A DNA stretch of 30,231 bases. It comes from a virus (Duplodnaviria > Caudoviricetes). The notes under the pieces are model-generated. The model did not search any database, was not told where the DNA came from, and saw only the letters and a list, made by a program, of their open reading frames with translations. A program made the position numbers and the translations under genes. Shown piece after piece: positions 1 to 9,182 of this stretch; the stretch's first letter is position 1, and each line of letters begins with the position of its first letter. The stretch covers positions 1-30,231 of the IMG/VR virus record IMGVR_UViG_3300030372_003985; one strand, written 5' to 3'.

Positions 1-99
1 CTTAATTCCTTGATATCAAGAGTGGAGAAAGGGATCGCAAACTTCTTAGGTTTTCCCTACAATGAATCCTTGCTTTCGCCTACACTTGAATCAACGACA
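1..99. repeat. Terminal direct repeat copy 1 (circular assembly overlap)
   Basis: 1-99 is identical to 30133-30231, and a gene reads in frame across the junction. Confidence 0.97.
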
Positions 100-537
100 T
101 ATACTTTTTATGTTGATGCACCAATTCACTCTGATGTTTATACTCTTCAATTACCAATCTCACCAGTAACAAGCATTACAAGTATTCATGCCGATGGAAA
201 CCGTGAATATGGTAGTGATACTTTGGTGGATTCTTCTACTTATGATCTTGATCAAAAGTATGGAAGAGTGATTCTTAAACCACAATCAGTCACCCGATAT
301 TTTGTGTCATCTTATCGAGGAAACAAAGTGGTTTGTACAGCTGGGTTTGCAACTGCACCTTCCGATCTGGAACATGCAATTTGTATCCTGGCATCAATGG
401 CACAACGAAATAAAACAAATCAAGGAAAAGAATCTTTGACTTCAAGAAACGGTTCAATCAAACTTACTCCAAAAAATATGCCTTTAGAGGTCAAGGAGTA
501 TCTTTGGCCATATCGATCACCAACTGCAATTCTTTAA
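1..537 (+). CDS. Head-tail connector/adaptor, 3' part (true start ATG 30058; 203 aa across the junction)
   Basis: Directly follows the major capsid on the circle. MALVSASTLREYL start and GFATAPSDLEHA motif resemble gp6/gp15-like connectors. Confidence 0.75.
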   Translation, partial: LNSLISRVEKGIANFLGFPYNESLLSPTLESTTYTFYVDAPIHSDVYTLQLPISPVTSITSIHADGNREYGSDTLVDSSTYDLDQKYGRVILKPQSVTRYFVSSYRGNKVVCTAGFATAPSDLEHAICILASMAQRNKTNQGKESLTSRNGSIKLTPKNMPLEVKEYLWPYRSPTAIL

Positions 538-545
538 GGTGGTCC

Positions 546-914
546 ATGAAGCTAAAAGATTTTATTAAAAGACTTTTTAAAAGATCAGATCGTCTAGATG
601 ATGAGTTACACAAAAAGTTAGCATTTATTTCAAGACGCTTACAAGATCGCGCCAAGTTAAATGCAACAATCGATCCAAGAAAAAGAACTGGTAGGTTATA
701 CGATTCAATAACTGCTAAGGCTAAGAAATCGGAAAATGGAACAAGTATAACTTTGATGGCTGGATCTGCATCCGTCAATTACGCTGGTTATGTTGAGTTT
801 GGAACTTCAAGAATGTACCCAAGATTATATCTATCAAGAGCACGTGAACAAGTGGAAGAAACACTTCCAGATGAATTGAGAAGATTGGCTTCTATTTATT
901 TGAGGACTATTTAA
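546..914 (+). CDS. HK97 gp10-like neck/tail protein
   Basis: RTGRLYDSI and YAGYVEFGTSRM motifs. ATG 546 follows an AAGGTGG RBS, so it is preferred over 504. Confidence 0.8.
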   Translation: MKLKDFIKRLFKRSDRLDDELHKKLAFISRRLQDRAKLNATIDPRKRTGRLYDSITAKAKKSENGTSITLMAGSASVNYAGYVEFGTSRMYPRLYLSRAREQVEETLPDELRRLASIYLRTI

Positions 915-915
915 C

Positions 916-1371
916 ATGGCTGATAGTCGAATAGTAAAGATCCACAAAAAGATAGCCGAGTTGGTATCCGTCAATTTTGCTGGTGGTCATTCCGGTCTTG
1001 ACTTCTCCAATCGTGGATTCAGATTTGTACAACTTGACAACATCATGATTCCTTCAGTTGGAATCAAGTTTGTTGATAGTCTTGAAGAAAACACAAATGT
1101 TACTCTTGGTCGTTATCGTGGAACTGCAATATTTGAAGTTTATGCTTTTTGTGGTGGAACTACCAATGAAGCAAGAACCGATAGTGCTCTGAATGCTTGT
1201 TCAGATATGATCAAAGCCATAACTGCAAACCGTCAATTAAGTTTGGGAACAGATGTCGATGATGTCATGTGTGATTTTATGTCAATCGATGGTGATGTTC
1301 TTGGAGTTGATGGTGTTGGCATTGGCTATATACGTGTTAAAGTGTTTTATCAATCAGATGATGGAGCATAG
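916..1371 (+). CDS. Putative tail terminator/completion protein
   Basis: 151 aa, lying between the gp10-like gene and the tail tube gene. Call rests mainly on synteny. Confidence 0.55.
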   Translation: MADSRIVKIHKKIAELVSVNFAGGHSGLDFSNRGFRFVQLDNIMIPSVGIKFVDSLEENTNVTLGRYRGTAIFEVYAFCGGTTNEARTDSALNACSDMIKAITANRQLSLGTDVDDVMCDFMSIDGDVLGVDGVGIGYIRVKVFYQSDDGA

Positions 1372-1373
1372 AA

Positions 1374-2147
1374 ATGACTTGGTATTCAGAAAGTTGGAAA
1401 AGAAGATATCCCATAACAGTCAATGTTCTTGGTGGTGCTGAAACATCAGGAAGTCATGATGTTGAAGTCGTGTTTCCTTCTGATTGGGATGAATTTTGGG
1501 AAAATATTCGTTCAGATGGTTTTGATATTATATTGACTGATTCAATGGGTACGCTTCAAACCTTTAGAAGAACAACCTTCAACTTTGCCAACCGACAACT
1601 AACGTTAGCTGGTGATTCTGTAACATTCGCAAACCAGAATAGCATGAATCTTGTTTATGTCTATTTTAACAATCCAGATCAAGCAAGTGATCTGCAAAGT
1701 GCATTTGCTCCAAGTTCAGCAAAAACCGGAAAAATATATCTTAATGCTCCAGCCAACAGAATAGTAACACAACCAAGCCAGAGAACGGGAACAACAACCC
1801 CAAACTTTGTCTTTCAGAAAACCGCAGATGATGAAGTATATATCTGGTTCAGAGTTGCTTCTTTGTTGGGTTCAAGAATAGCACCTTACAACGATAAACT
1901 TGATTTTGAATCTCTTGATTATGTTAAGATTCAATCACTTGATACAAGTGGAACAAATGACACTGGAAGATATAGTGATGCTTTGACTGTTTTTGTTCCT
2001 GGCTATGTTGGCGTAAATGTCAAAGCAGGAAACAACAATACTGACTATACTGTGGTTTGTGAAATTAGAACAGTAGCAACTGGACCCTTTAACCAAACAA
2101 TAAGCCTTCGGTGTTTGTTGCAAATTAGAAATCTTTTACCAGTTTAA
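1374..2147 (+). CDS. Virion structural protein with DUF2341-like N-terminus
   Basis: W..SW.RRYPITV and FWENIRSDGFDI resemble DUF2341-type domains. It sits in the neck/tail operon. Confidence 0.5.
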   Translation: MTWYSESWKRRYPITVNVLGGAETSGSHDVEVVFPSDWDEFWENIRSDGFDIILTDSMGTLQTFRRTTFNFANRQLTLAGDSVTFANQNSMNLVYVYFNNPDQASDLQSAFAPSSAKTGKIYLNAPANRIVTQPSQRTGTTTPNFVFQKTADDEVYIWFRVASLLGSRIAPYNDKLDFESLDYVKIQSLDTSGTNDTGRYSDALTVFVPGYVGVNVKAGNNNTDYTVVCEIRTVATGPFNQTISLRCLLQIRNLLPV

Positions 2148-2159
2148 GGAGAATAAAAA

Positions 2160-3134
2160 ATGCCTATACAATTTGGAAGAAATGCTTTTGTTAATGTAAG
2201 CAATACACCAGAATCAACTTATGGATCTGTAAGTGGTGCAACTTATAACGTATACAACAGAATCTTTTCTTGTTCATTACAGAAAACACAAACCAGAGAA
2301 CAAGTAACACACTTGTCGACTTCCAATGGTGCTTTCAGTCGTGCACAGTTTGCAGTTCAAACTGAAGTTTCTGGAACGGTAGAAATGCCTTTGATGTATG
2401 AAGGATCAGGTGTTTGGTTAAAATATGCACTTGGCGATTCTGCTACAACTGGAGCAGGACCATACAACCATGCTTACAACCCAAACACTACAAACCTTGC
2501 TTCTTTTTGTATGAAGTTTCAAAGGGGTACTGGTGGAATGGAGTTGTTCAAAGGTTTAATGGTTTCCACAATGACCATATCTTGTGCAGCCGGTGAAGAA
2601 GCCCGGTTGAGTTGTGATCTGATTGGTCAAGATTCAGATGCAAGAGCCGGATCAATATCTCCTACTTTTGGAACAGGTGCTCAAGTATTACACAATCAAG
2701 CCGATTCAACCGCTTTGAGATATACTCCAGATGGCGGATCTCTTGAACAATACACACTCCGATCTTTTGAGTTTACACTTGATAACAAACTTGAAGATAG
2801 AAGAACACTTGGATCATTGTTGACTTCTTCTCCTGCGGTTACTGATATCCGTGATGTTACTATATCTTGTGTAGCCGATCTTGAAGATGAAGCAATCTAC
2901 AACCATCAACTTGATGGAACATCTGGAACACTCCAAATTCATTTTCAAAGTGGTGCAGATGAATTAACAATCACTTTGTACAATGCTGTTTGTATGGAGT
3001 ACAGTGATGAAGTTAATTCAGTTGGTAGGTTGGAAAGATCTTTCACCTTTAAAGGCTTGGCTGATTCAACTGGATCGGGTGAAGCATGTAAGATTGAAGT
3101 TGTGAATGGTGATTCCTCTGCGGTAAGCAACTAA
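2160..3134 (+). CDS. Major tail tube protein
   Basis: 324 aa, Ser/Thr/Gly-rich, strong AAGGAG RBS, SFEFTLDNKLE motif, upstream of chaperones and tape measure. Confidence 0.8.
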   Translation: MPIQFGRNAFVNVSNTPESTYGSVSGATYNVYNRIFSCSLQKTQTREQVTHLSTSNGAFSRAQFAVQTEVSGTVEMPLMYEGSGVWLKYALGDSATTGAGPYNHAYNPNTTNLASFCMKFQRGTGGMELFKGLMVSTMTISCAAGEEARLSCDLIGQDSDARAGSISPTFGTGAQVLHNQADSTALRYTPDGGSLEQYTLRSFEFTLDNKLEDRRTLGSLLTSSPAVTDIRDVTISCVADLEDEAIYNHQLDGTSGTLQIHFQSGADELTITLYNAVCMEYSDEVNSVGRLERSFTFKGLADSTGSGEACKIEVVNGDSSAVSN

Positions 3135-3187
3135 CAAAATAGTAATACATACCAAAGAAATAAATAAATTAATAAGAATATTTTGAT

Positions 3188-3212
3188 ATTTATTTTTCTA
3201 TAACTTATGTTC
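3188..3212 (+). promoter_or_regulatory. Upstream motif ATTTAT-N4-YTAWARCWWATGTTC, copy A
   Basis: Ungapped match to 16799-16823 and 22170-22194. Each copy ends 15-21 nt before a start codon. Confidence 0.5.
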
Positions 3213-3232
3213 CTTTTATGAGTGAGATCTAA

Positions 3233-3730
3233 ATGAAAGACATACTACAAAAAATCATAACTAATTCAAGATGGACATATCCGATTTTTGATGGTCAAAT
3301 AATCATTGAGGGTCGGATTTTATCACCACAAGAAGCTGAGATCTGTGGGTTGAGTTCTGCATTGATAGCCAAGTCAATCATGAGTGAACAACATCTTAGA
3401 GACTTGGCCCGACTACAAACAAAAGAAGAACCAAAAGAAGAAGATGATTTTGATGAGGTCATGAGACTTCTTCAAGGGTTTGATGCTGATAAGATTTTGG
3501 AGATGGCTGAAAGTCAAGATAAGATTCTTGTCAACTGTGTAAGAAGAGCATCAACTGACCAGGGAGTAAAGTGGCAAGACTTCAGATTGGTTCTGGATGA
3601 GTCAAAACAATCAGCCGTTCAAAATCGTTTGTGGATTGGTATGCTACCAGACAAAGACAGAAAAGCAATGATCGATCTTTGTATGCAAGGTCACAAGAAA
3701 GCAGATGAAGCAATTAGGAGGTCACTTTGA
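3233..3730 (+). CDS. Tail assembly chaperone (gpG-like)
   Basis: Lies between tail tube and tape measure and ends in a frameshift-like cassette. Confidence 0.75.
   Translation: MKDILQKIITNSRWTYPIFDGQIIIEGRILSPQEAEICGLSSALIAKSIMSEQHLRDLARLQTKEEPKEEDDFDEVMRLLQGFDADKILEMAESQDKILVNCVRRASTDQGVKWQDFRLVLDESKQSAVQNRLWIGMLPDKDRKAMIDLCMQGHKKADEAIRRSL
3716..3730 (+). other. Putative programmed +1 frameshift site (prfB-type)
   Basis: AGGAGG TCA CTT TGA: internal SD, 3-nt spacer, CUU-UGA. The +1 frame is open to 3950. Confidence 0.75.
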
Positions 3731-3950
3731 AGCGGATAAAGAAATGTTTCAAATCTATAATTCTCTTTCAAGGGCTTATAGTTGTTTACCTTCTGATCTG
3801 CTTGGGTTAAGTTGGCATCAGCTACTTTTCAATCTTCAATGTTTGCAAGTAAGATCTGATAGTCTACAAAAGATGATGAAGCAAAGTAACCGAAAAAAGG
3901 CTATGTTGTTTCCAGTTATATCAATGACTGATCTTGTTGATATTTTGTAA
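3729..3950 (+). CDS. Tail assembly chaperone extension (gpT-like; predicted 238-aa fusion)
   Basis: +1-frame ORF overlapping the chaperone stop and ending just before the tape measure. Contains a CLPSDLLGLSW segment typical of gpT-like ORFs. Confidence 0.65.
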   Translation, partial: EADKEMFQIYNSLSRAYSCLPSDLLGLSWHQLLFNLQCLQVRSDSLQKMMKQSNRKKAMLFPVISMTDLVDIL

Positions 3951-3959
3951 GGTGTAAAG

Positions 3960-6461
3960 ATGGCTAATGTTGTTGAATATGTTCTAAAGATAACCGGTGG
4001 AAAATCACCTGAAAATATTAAAAAGATAGCCAAACAATTAAAGACCACTTTGAAAGATCTGAAAAAGTTTGGTAAGCAATCGACAAAGACTTTTAATGAT
4101 TTCAGAAAGAACTCCAAGAAAGCCAGTGAAGCAATCAAGGGAATGCAAGGAGCATTTACAAAATTATCAATTGGTATCGGTGGAACAACCGCAGCCTTCA
4201 TCGGAATGAATAAAGTGATTGCTGATTCAATCAATGAGATTGTTGATGCTTCAACCAGATCAGGAATTGCAACTGAAACACTTTCAGGTTTAAGGCTTGC
4301 AGCCGAGGGAAGTGGGAAGTCTTTTGCGGATCTGGAACAAGGTCTAGATTCATTTAGTAAGAAGATGCTTGATGCTACAAAGGGAACAGGTGAATCTGCA
4401 AAGATGTTTTCCACTTTGGGTATTTCGATAAAAAACCAATCTGGAGAACTAAGAGATTCAAACAGTGTCTTCACTGAGACAATAAAAAAGCTTTCAACAA
4501 TGGAAAACCAAACTGAAAGAAACGCTTTGGTTATGAAATTGTTCGGTCGCTCTGGTCGTGCCTTAATTCAATCTGGAGCAATAGAGGACTTGGATTCTTT
4601 TATTGGTAAAGCCAAAGAACTTGGCCCAGCACTTGATGAAAATGGAATTCAAAAGGCTGCGGAATTCCAAAGAGGAATGGCTGATTTTAAAATCGCATCG
4701 ATCGGAGCACTTCAAACAATCGCAGAAGGCATAACCGGGGAAAAGGGACTTGGTCCTTCTTTGTCTTCTTTGGCTGAGGATCTTAATAATTTCGCTGGTG
4801 GGTTTAAAATTTTCTTTCAAGGTTTGCATGATGCCTTTGGTGGCTTGTTGATATTTCTTGATGACTTGAAAGGTGAACTTGAAGGAGTTGAAGCCGTTAT
4901 CATGAGAACATTCTCTGTTCTTCCAATTGAGAAGTTTCTCTCTGGTTCAGTTGCTGGGTTTGGTGGTGGTGCCTTTCAACAAAGAGTTGCAGATCCATCT
5001 TTGCAAGGTATAAGTCCGGACTTTTTAGAGAAGGCCAAACAATTTGAACAACAACTAACAGATAACCAAGAGAAAGGAATCAAGACCAGAGAAGAAAGGA
5101 TCAAAGAAGGGGAAAAGACAAAGTTAGCAATATACAAAGAAACACTGAAAAGAAGACAAGAGCAGATCGCAAAAGGTGATGTAAAAGATTTTCAGGCAAT
5201 CAATACACAAATACTTCAACTAAGATCCTCCGCTATAAGATTGGGTCAATCAACAAAAGAAGTTGATTTACTATTTGAGGCATTTAAAAAACTGAGAAGC
5301 CAAACAAAAGGAGTAGATGTTTTACAGTTTGGATCAACTGGTGGTGGTGGTGGAAAGCCACCACCAGCATCAACTGCATTTATTGATTTTCAGAAAAAAC
5401 TTGCTAAGAATCTAGATGAAGCAACCAGAGCCTTTGAAAGGCAACAAAAAGAAATTGGCCAGGCTAACAATACATTTTTACAACTGAAGAAAACAGTCAA
5501 TGCAATAGGTAAGACCGAAAGACCTTTTCAAGATGTTATTGATGATTTGGATGAAACAAAGAAGAGGTTCAAGGAACTTGGTCAAAGTACAATTCCGGTA
5601 ATCGATCTAAAAATGCAAGTTATTGAGTTAAGAAGGGAAGTTGAAAAGTTGGCCACAACAAAAACGGCTATCAATATCACAACTGACATAATTGGAATTG
5701 CTGGTGGTGATATTCTTGGTGGTATTACTGGAATACTTCAGAAAACATTGAAAGGTCCAGCCTTGGAATTGCTGGGTCCTGTTTCAGGTGCGATTGGTGG
5801 TTTGGTTTCATTTGGCCAAGGTATGCAGCAAGCAGCCGATCAAGCGATAGCAAAGAGAGAAGAAAAGCTTGGAAGAAAGCTAACTGAAGAAGAAAGAACC
5901 AAGTTATCTGATGTAGCAATGAGAAGAAAGGCAGAACAAGACGTCAAGCAGTTTGCAATGGCCATTGAGGTTGGTTTGAGAATGCTACCACAAATACTTT
6001 TTGAAGTCTTGCCTCCTCTGTTTATTGATCTTGGTGCGACTATTGTAAAGGCGTTGCTTGAATTGCCATTCAGAATTGGAAAAGCAATTATTCAAGGTCT
6101 TTTTAATACTGGCGCAAAGATAGCCGAGGCACCATTAAATATTATGAAGGGTTTAGCTGACTTCTTTGGGTTGGATTCAAAAAGAAGCGGGGGGAGAATG
6201 ATAAGTGCGAGAAGGGGTTTAAGATTCACAGGATCTTCTGATACCATGGCTCAACTTCATCGGAATGAATATGTTGTTCCTGAATCCGGAGCAAGACCAC
6301 AAGCAGTCGAAAGAATCATGAATCAACAATCAGGATCTGGAATAAATATTACAATCAATGCTGATATTGTTGAAAGAGATGCAGTTGAAACTTTGGTTCG
6401 CAAAATAGAACAAAGGTTTCAGAACTTTGGAACCATGCAATCAACACTTTTCGCGGGTTAA
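3960..6461 (+). CDS. Tape measure protein
   Basis: 833 aa, helical Ala/Gly/Lys-rich, KLFGRSG motif, AQLHRNEYVVP C-terminal motif, canonical position. Confidence 0.9.
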   Translation: MANVVEYVLKITGGKSPENIKKIAKQLKTTLKDLKKFGKQSTKTFNDFRKNSKKASEAIKGMQGAFTKLSIGIGGTTAAFIGMNKVIADSINEIVDASTRSGIATETLSGLRLAAEGSGKSFADLEQGLDSFSKKMLDATKGTGESAKMFSTLGISIKNQSGELRDSNSVFTETIKKLSTMENQTERNALVMKLFGRSGRALIQSGAIEDLDSFIGKAKELGPALDENGIQKAAEFQRGMADFKIASIGALQTIAEGITGEKGLGPSLSSLAEDLNNFAGGFKIFFQGLHDAFGGLLIFLDDLKGELEGVEAVIMRTFSVLPIEKFLSGSVAGFGGGAFQQRVADPSLQGISPDFLEKAKQFEQQLTDNQEKGIKTREERIKEGEKTKLAIYKETLKRRQEQIAKGDVKDFQAINTQILQLRSSAIRLGQSTKEVDLLFEAFKKLRSQTKGVDVLQFGSTGGGGGKPPPASTAFIDFQKKLAKNLDEATRAFERQQKEIGQANNTFLQLKKTVNAIGKTERPFQDVIDDLDETKKRFKELGQSTIPVIDLKMQVIELRREVEKLATTKTAINITTDIIGIAGGDILGGITGILQKTLKGPALELLGPVSGAIGGLVSFGQGMQQAADQAIAKREEKLGRKLTEEERTKLSDVAMRRKAEQDVKQFAMAIEVGLRMLPQILFEVLPPLFIDLGATIVKALLELPFRIGKAIIQGLFNTGAKIAEAPLNIMKGLADFFGLDSKRSGGRMISARRGLRFTGSSDTMAQLHRNEYVVPESGARPQAVERIMNQQSGSGINITINADIVERDAVETLVRKIEQRFQNFGTMQSTLFAG

Positions 6462-6464
6462 AAA

Positions 6465-6701
6465 ATGATTGAATTACCTGAACATTTAGATGAGTGCTTG
6501 GTTCAAGGACCAAGAGAAGAATTCGATAAGGCTATAATTGGCTATATTGAAGTCGGACCAATGACAAAGGTTTTATATGACTTTGAAAAGGTGATTGATA
6601 TCCTTTGTCAAACCATGACTAGAGATGAAGCAATTGATTACTTTTGTTATAATATGCGAAATGGTGAAGTCGCATATTTTAATGAATTGGATGGGGTTTA
6701 A
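6465..6701 (+). CDS. Small acidic hypothetical phage protein
   Basis: Fills the gap between tail genes with 2-3 nt spacing. Confidence 0.7.
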   Translation: MIELPEHLDECLVQGPREEFDKAIIGYIEVGPMTKVLYDFEKVIDILCQTMTRDEAIDYFCYNMRNGEVAYFNELDGV

Positions 6702-6703
6702 TT

Positions 6704-7567
6704 ATGGGTGCAAAGTTTTATTTTTATCCTATGCCTGTTGCTAATCATCTTGTCACTATTGATTTGGGTGAAGATTTGGCCGAGTACTATTCTGAAATGG
6801 AATACACAAAAGAATCAGCCCAATCAATGAACGGTAAGATTCATCAAACCACAACTTTGAATAGAGAAGTGATAACTATTGTTCGAGATCGAATGAGTGG
6901 TGGTGAAGATCTCGCTCATAAGCTATATGCTCTTCAGAATCATTTGGATCGTGGTTATAGTGTTTGCTTCGCAGCCGATCACACAAAAACATTTTGTCAT
7001 CCTCTTTCAAAGAATCCGGTTGGTGGTGATAACAGTATCAAGGTTCATGGAAATCCTTTTATCGGAATGACTGGAAGCACTTCGCCAACTGCAAACGATT
7101 ATTTTGTAATCGAAAGTCAACCGCCTGCAATGATTCAAGAGATTCATAAAGTTTCTTCCGTTCATGCAAGTTATACACCGGCAACCGGTGGCATAATCTA
7201 TCCAGTGAACAACATAAACTTCACTTATCCATCAATTGCATTCATGCGTCACTATCGTTTTCACCCAGTTCTGAAAAGACATCCAGCCGATATCGGAAAA
7301 TCGATTGTAACAAATGAACACGGTTTGCTCTGGTCATTGGAGTTGAGACTTACTCCAGATTATGAAAACTACTTTGGTTTTCATCCGAATCAAGAGAATG
7401 ATGTTCCTTCTGGTTTGCTTCAAGATGGTGTAACACTTGGTCAAGAACAGATCTTTGAAAGGCCATCAGTTAACCTCGATAACCCTCCACAACTCAATGA
7501 AATTAATTCCAATCATGATTTCAATAACAATCTTCCATGGAACAATTGGCGAAACTGGGGACAATAG
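6704..7567 (+). CDS. Putative distal tail/tail tip protein
   Basis: 287 aa downstream of the tape measure; synteny only. Confidence 0.5.
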   Translation: MGAKFYFYPMPVANHLVTIDLGEDLAEYYSEMEYTKESAQSMNGKIHQTTTLNREVITIVRDRMSGGEDLAHKLYALQNHLDRGYSVCFAADHTKTFCHPLSKNPVGGDNSIKVHGNPFIGMTGSTSPTANDYFVIESQPPAMIQEIHKVSSVHASYTPATGGIIYPVNNINFTYPSIAFMRHYRFHPVLKRHPADIGKSIVTNEHGLLWSLELRLTPDYENYFGFHPNQENDVPSGLLQDGVTLGQEQIFERPSVNLDNPPQLNEINSNHDFNNNLPWNNWRNWGQ

Positions 7568-7570
7568 AAA

Positions 7571-9178
7571 ATGGCTTGGGATTCTGATTTTGCAAAGGCA
7601 CTTGGTGAAAGCACAGTCGAACCAAAGTTTGCTTTGAGATTCAACAACTTACCTGATTTTATTGGGGATTCTTTAACTTTGACCGGTGGATATAATCAAC
7701 TTGGTTATCCTTCTATTGATAGCCGTGGACCTTCTTTCCGTGGGACTTCTGTAATTCCTCAAACTTGGAATGTTTCATTTGGTTCTTTTACTGTTCCTTT
7801 GGCTGGAGATATAAGACCGATCTTTCCAACTGTGAGGAAAGGATCAATCGCTGAGTTATTTGCTGAGGTCAATGGTATTGTTGAAAGAATAGCAGTTGGG
7901 CAACTGAGAAACATAAGAGGGTTTGGGGTAAAGTGGACTCTTGATTTTGTTGATCTTCTTTCTGCAATGACGGCAAGAGCTAGTGGTAAAATCGGATCTG
8001 ATTTTGATGGTAACGATCCAGATGAGTTTTCATATTTTCCCCTTGTTGGAAAAGAACAAGAGGTTACATCAAATTGGAATAAAACAGGTTCAAATTTTCC
8101 AACTCAAATTAGCGTTGATGATGTAAGACCCTTTCAAGATGTAGGCGATTCAGATTATCGAGTTGCTAAAGTTGTAAGTGGTTCAACTACTTTCTATGTA
8201 AGATATACAAGCACAGTTGTAACAAGTGCTCCAGCTGGAAGATTGAATCTTGCCTTTACGCATACTGACACTTCAATTGTTTACCCTGGGACTGAAGCAT
8301 GTGTAAACACAAGTTCAGGATCAAAGATCACTTCAGTTGGTTTACTGAATGGTGTTCCTTGGAGAATATTCGCTTACATTATGCTTTCCAGATCTGGAAG
8401 TGGTTCTCCAACGTTCAACAAATATGATCCGCTTCACAACTTTGGCGCAGCCTTCACGCAAAACATGTTTGATTATGGTGATGCAGACAATCAAAAATAT
8501 ATACAGTCATCTAATGAATCGGCTTCTCCTTATGATTGGTCTTATGTTTTCAATTCTCCATGGAACAATGGAATCAGAACCTTGATTGATACAAGTGCTC
8601 TTTGTGGTCAATGGCCAACTTGGAAACAGAATTCTGTAACTTGGAGAGGGTGCCAAGATCCAGATCAAGCACAAAACATTGAGGCCTACATAACAACAAA
8701 AGACATCATCCAAATTACCAATATCGATATCTTCGATCCAAACAACAAGAGCACCTTTTACCGTTCAAAGAATATCTATGGTTTAACATCTGCGAGCGCA
8801 ACATTATCAAACTCCAAGAGTTCTACAACTGGTGAAGCGATAGCACTTCCAGCCGAGTCATTTAAAGAAAGAAATGTTCAGTTTGTATATGGTTATGATC
8901 CAAACACAGAACAAACAGATCGGCTTCGTTGTTCAATTGGTGATCTGAATCGTCTTTTTGTTTGGGATACAAATGTCTGGAGCAAAATATCCTTGCAAGT
9001 TAAAATGAAATATGCGAAACTTACAGCAGGTGATATCATCGAGATCCAGAGCGAATACCTGAGAACCTATGCAACATCAAATCCTTTTACAACTACATAT
9101 CGGGCTATGGTGTTAAGTGTTGATTGGTCATTCCTCTCTTCAAGATGTAATCTACAAATCGCAATCATAATAAAGTAG
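7571..9178 (+). CDS. Putative tail hub/tip protein
   Basis: 535 aa, beta-rich, C-terminal LTAGDIIEI...MVLSVDWS pattern typical of tail-tip hub proteins. Confidence 0.6.
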   Translation: MAWDSDFAKALGESTVEPKFALRFNNLPDFIGDSLTLTGGYNQLGYPSIDSRGPSFRGTSVIPQTWNVSFGSFTVPLAGDIRPIFPTVRKGSIAELFAEVNGIVERIAVGQLRNIRGFGVKWTLDFVDLLSAMTARASGKIGSDFDGNDPDEFSYFPLVGKEQEVTSNWNKTGSNFPTQISVDDVRPFQDVGDSDYRVAKVVSGSTTFYVRYTSTVVTSAPAGRLNLAFTHTDTSIVYPGTEACVNTSSGSKITSVGLLNGVPWRIFAYIMLSRSGSGSPTFNKYDPLHNFGAAFTQNMFDYGDADNQKYIQSSNESASPYDWSYVFNSPWNNGIRTLIDTSALCGQWPTWKQNSVTWRGCQDPDQAQNIEAYITTKDIIQITNIDIFDPNNKSTFYRSKNIYGLTSASATLSNSKSSTTGEAIALPAESFKERNVQFVYGYDPNTEQTDRLRCSIGDLNRLFVWDTNVWSKISLQVKMKYAKLTAGDIIEIQSEYLRTYATSNPFTTTYRAMVLSVDWSFLSSRCNLQIAIIIK

Positions 9179-9182
9179 CAAA

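Noticed and set aside
1-99. Biological terminal repeat or attachment site
   Set aside because: It is exactly 99 bp, falls mid-gene and is in frame across the junction, which fits an assembler k-mer overlap of a circular or permuted contig.
3660-3730. Canonical -1 slippery heptamer in the tail chaperone
   Set aside because: I saw no XXXYYYZ heptamer here, and the downstream ORF is in the +1 frame.
3836-4474. 212-aa antisense ORF and similar shadow ORFs in the track
   Set aside because: They overlap well-supported genes and show no recognisable motifs.
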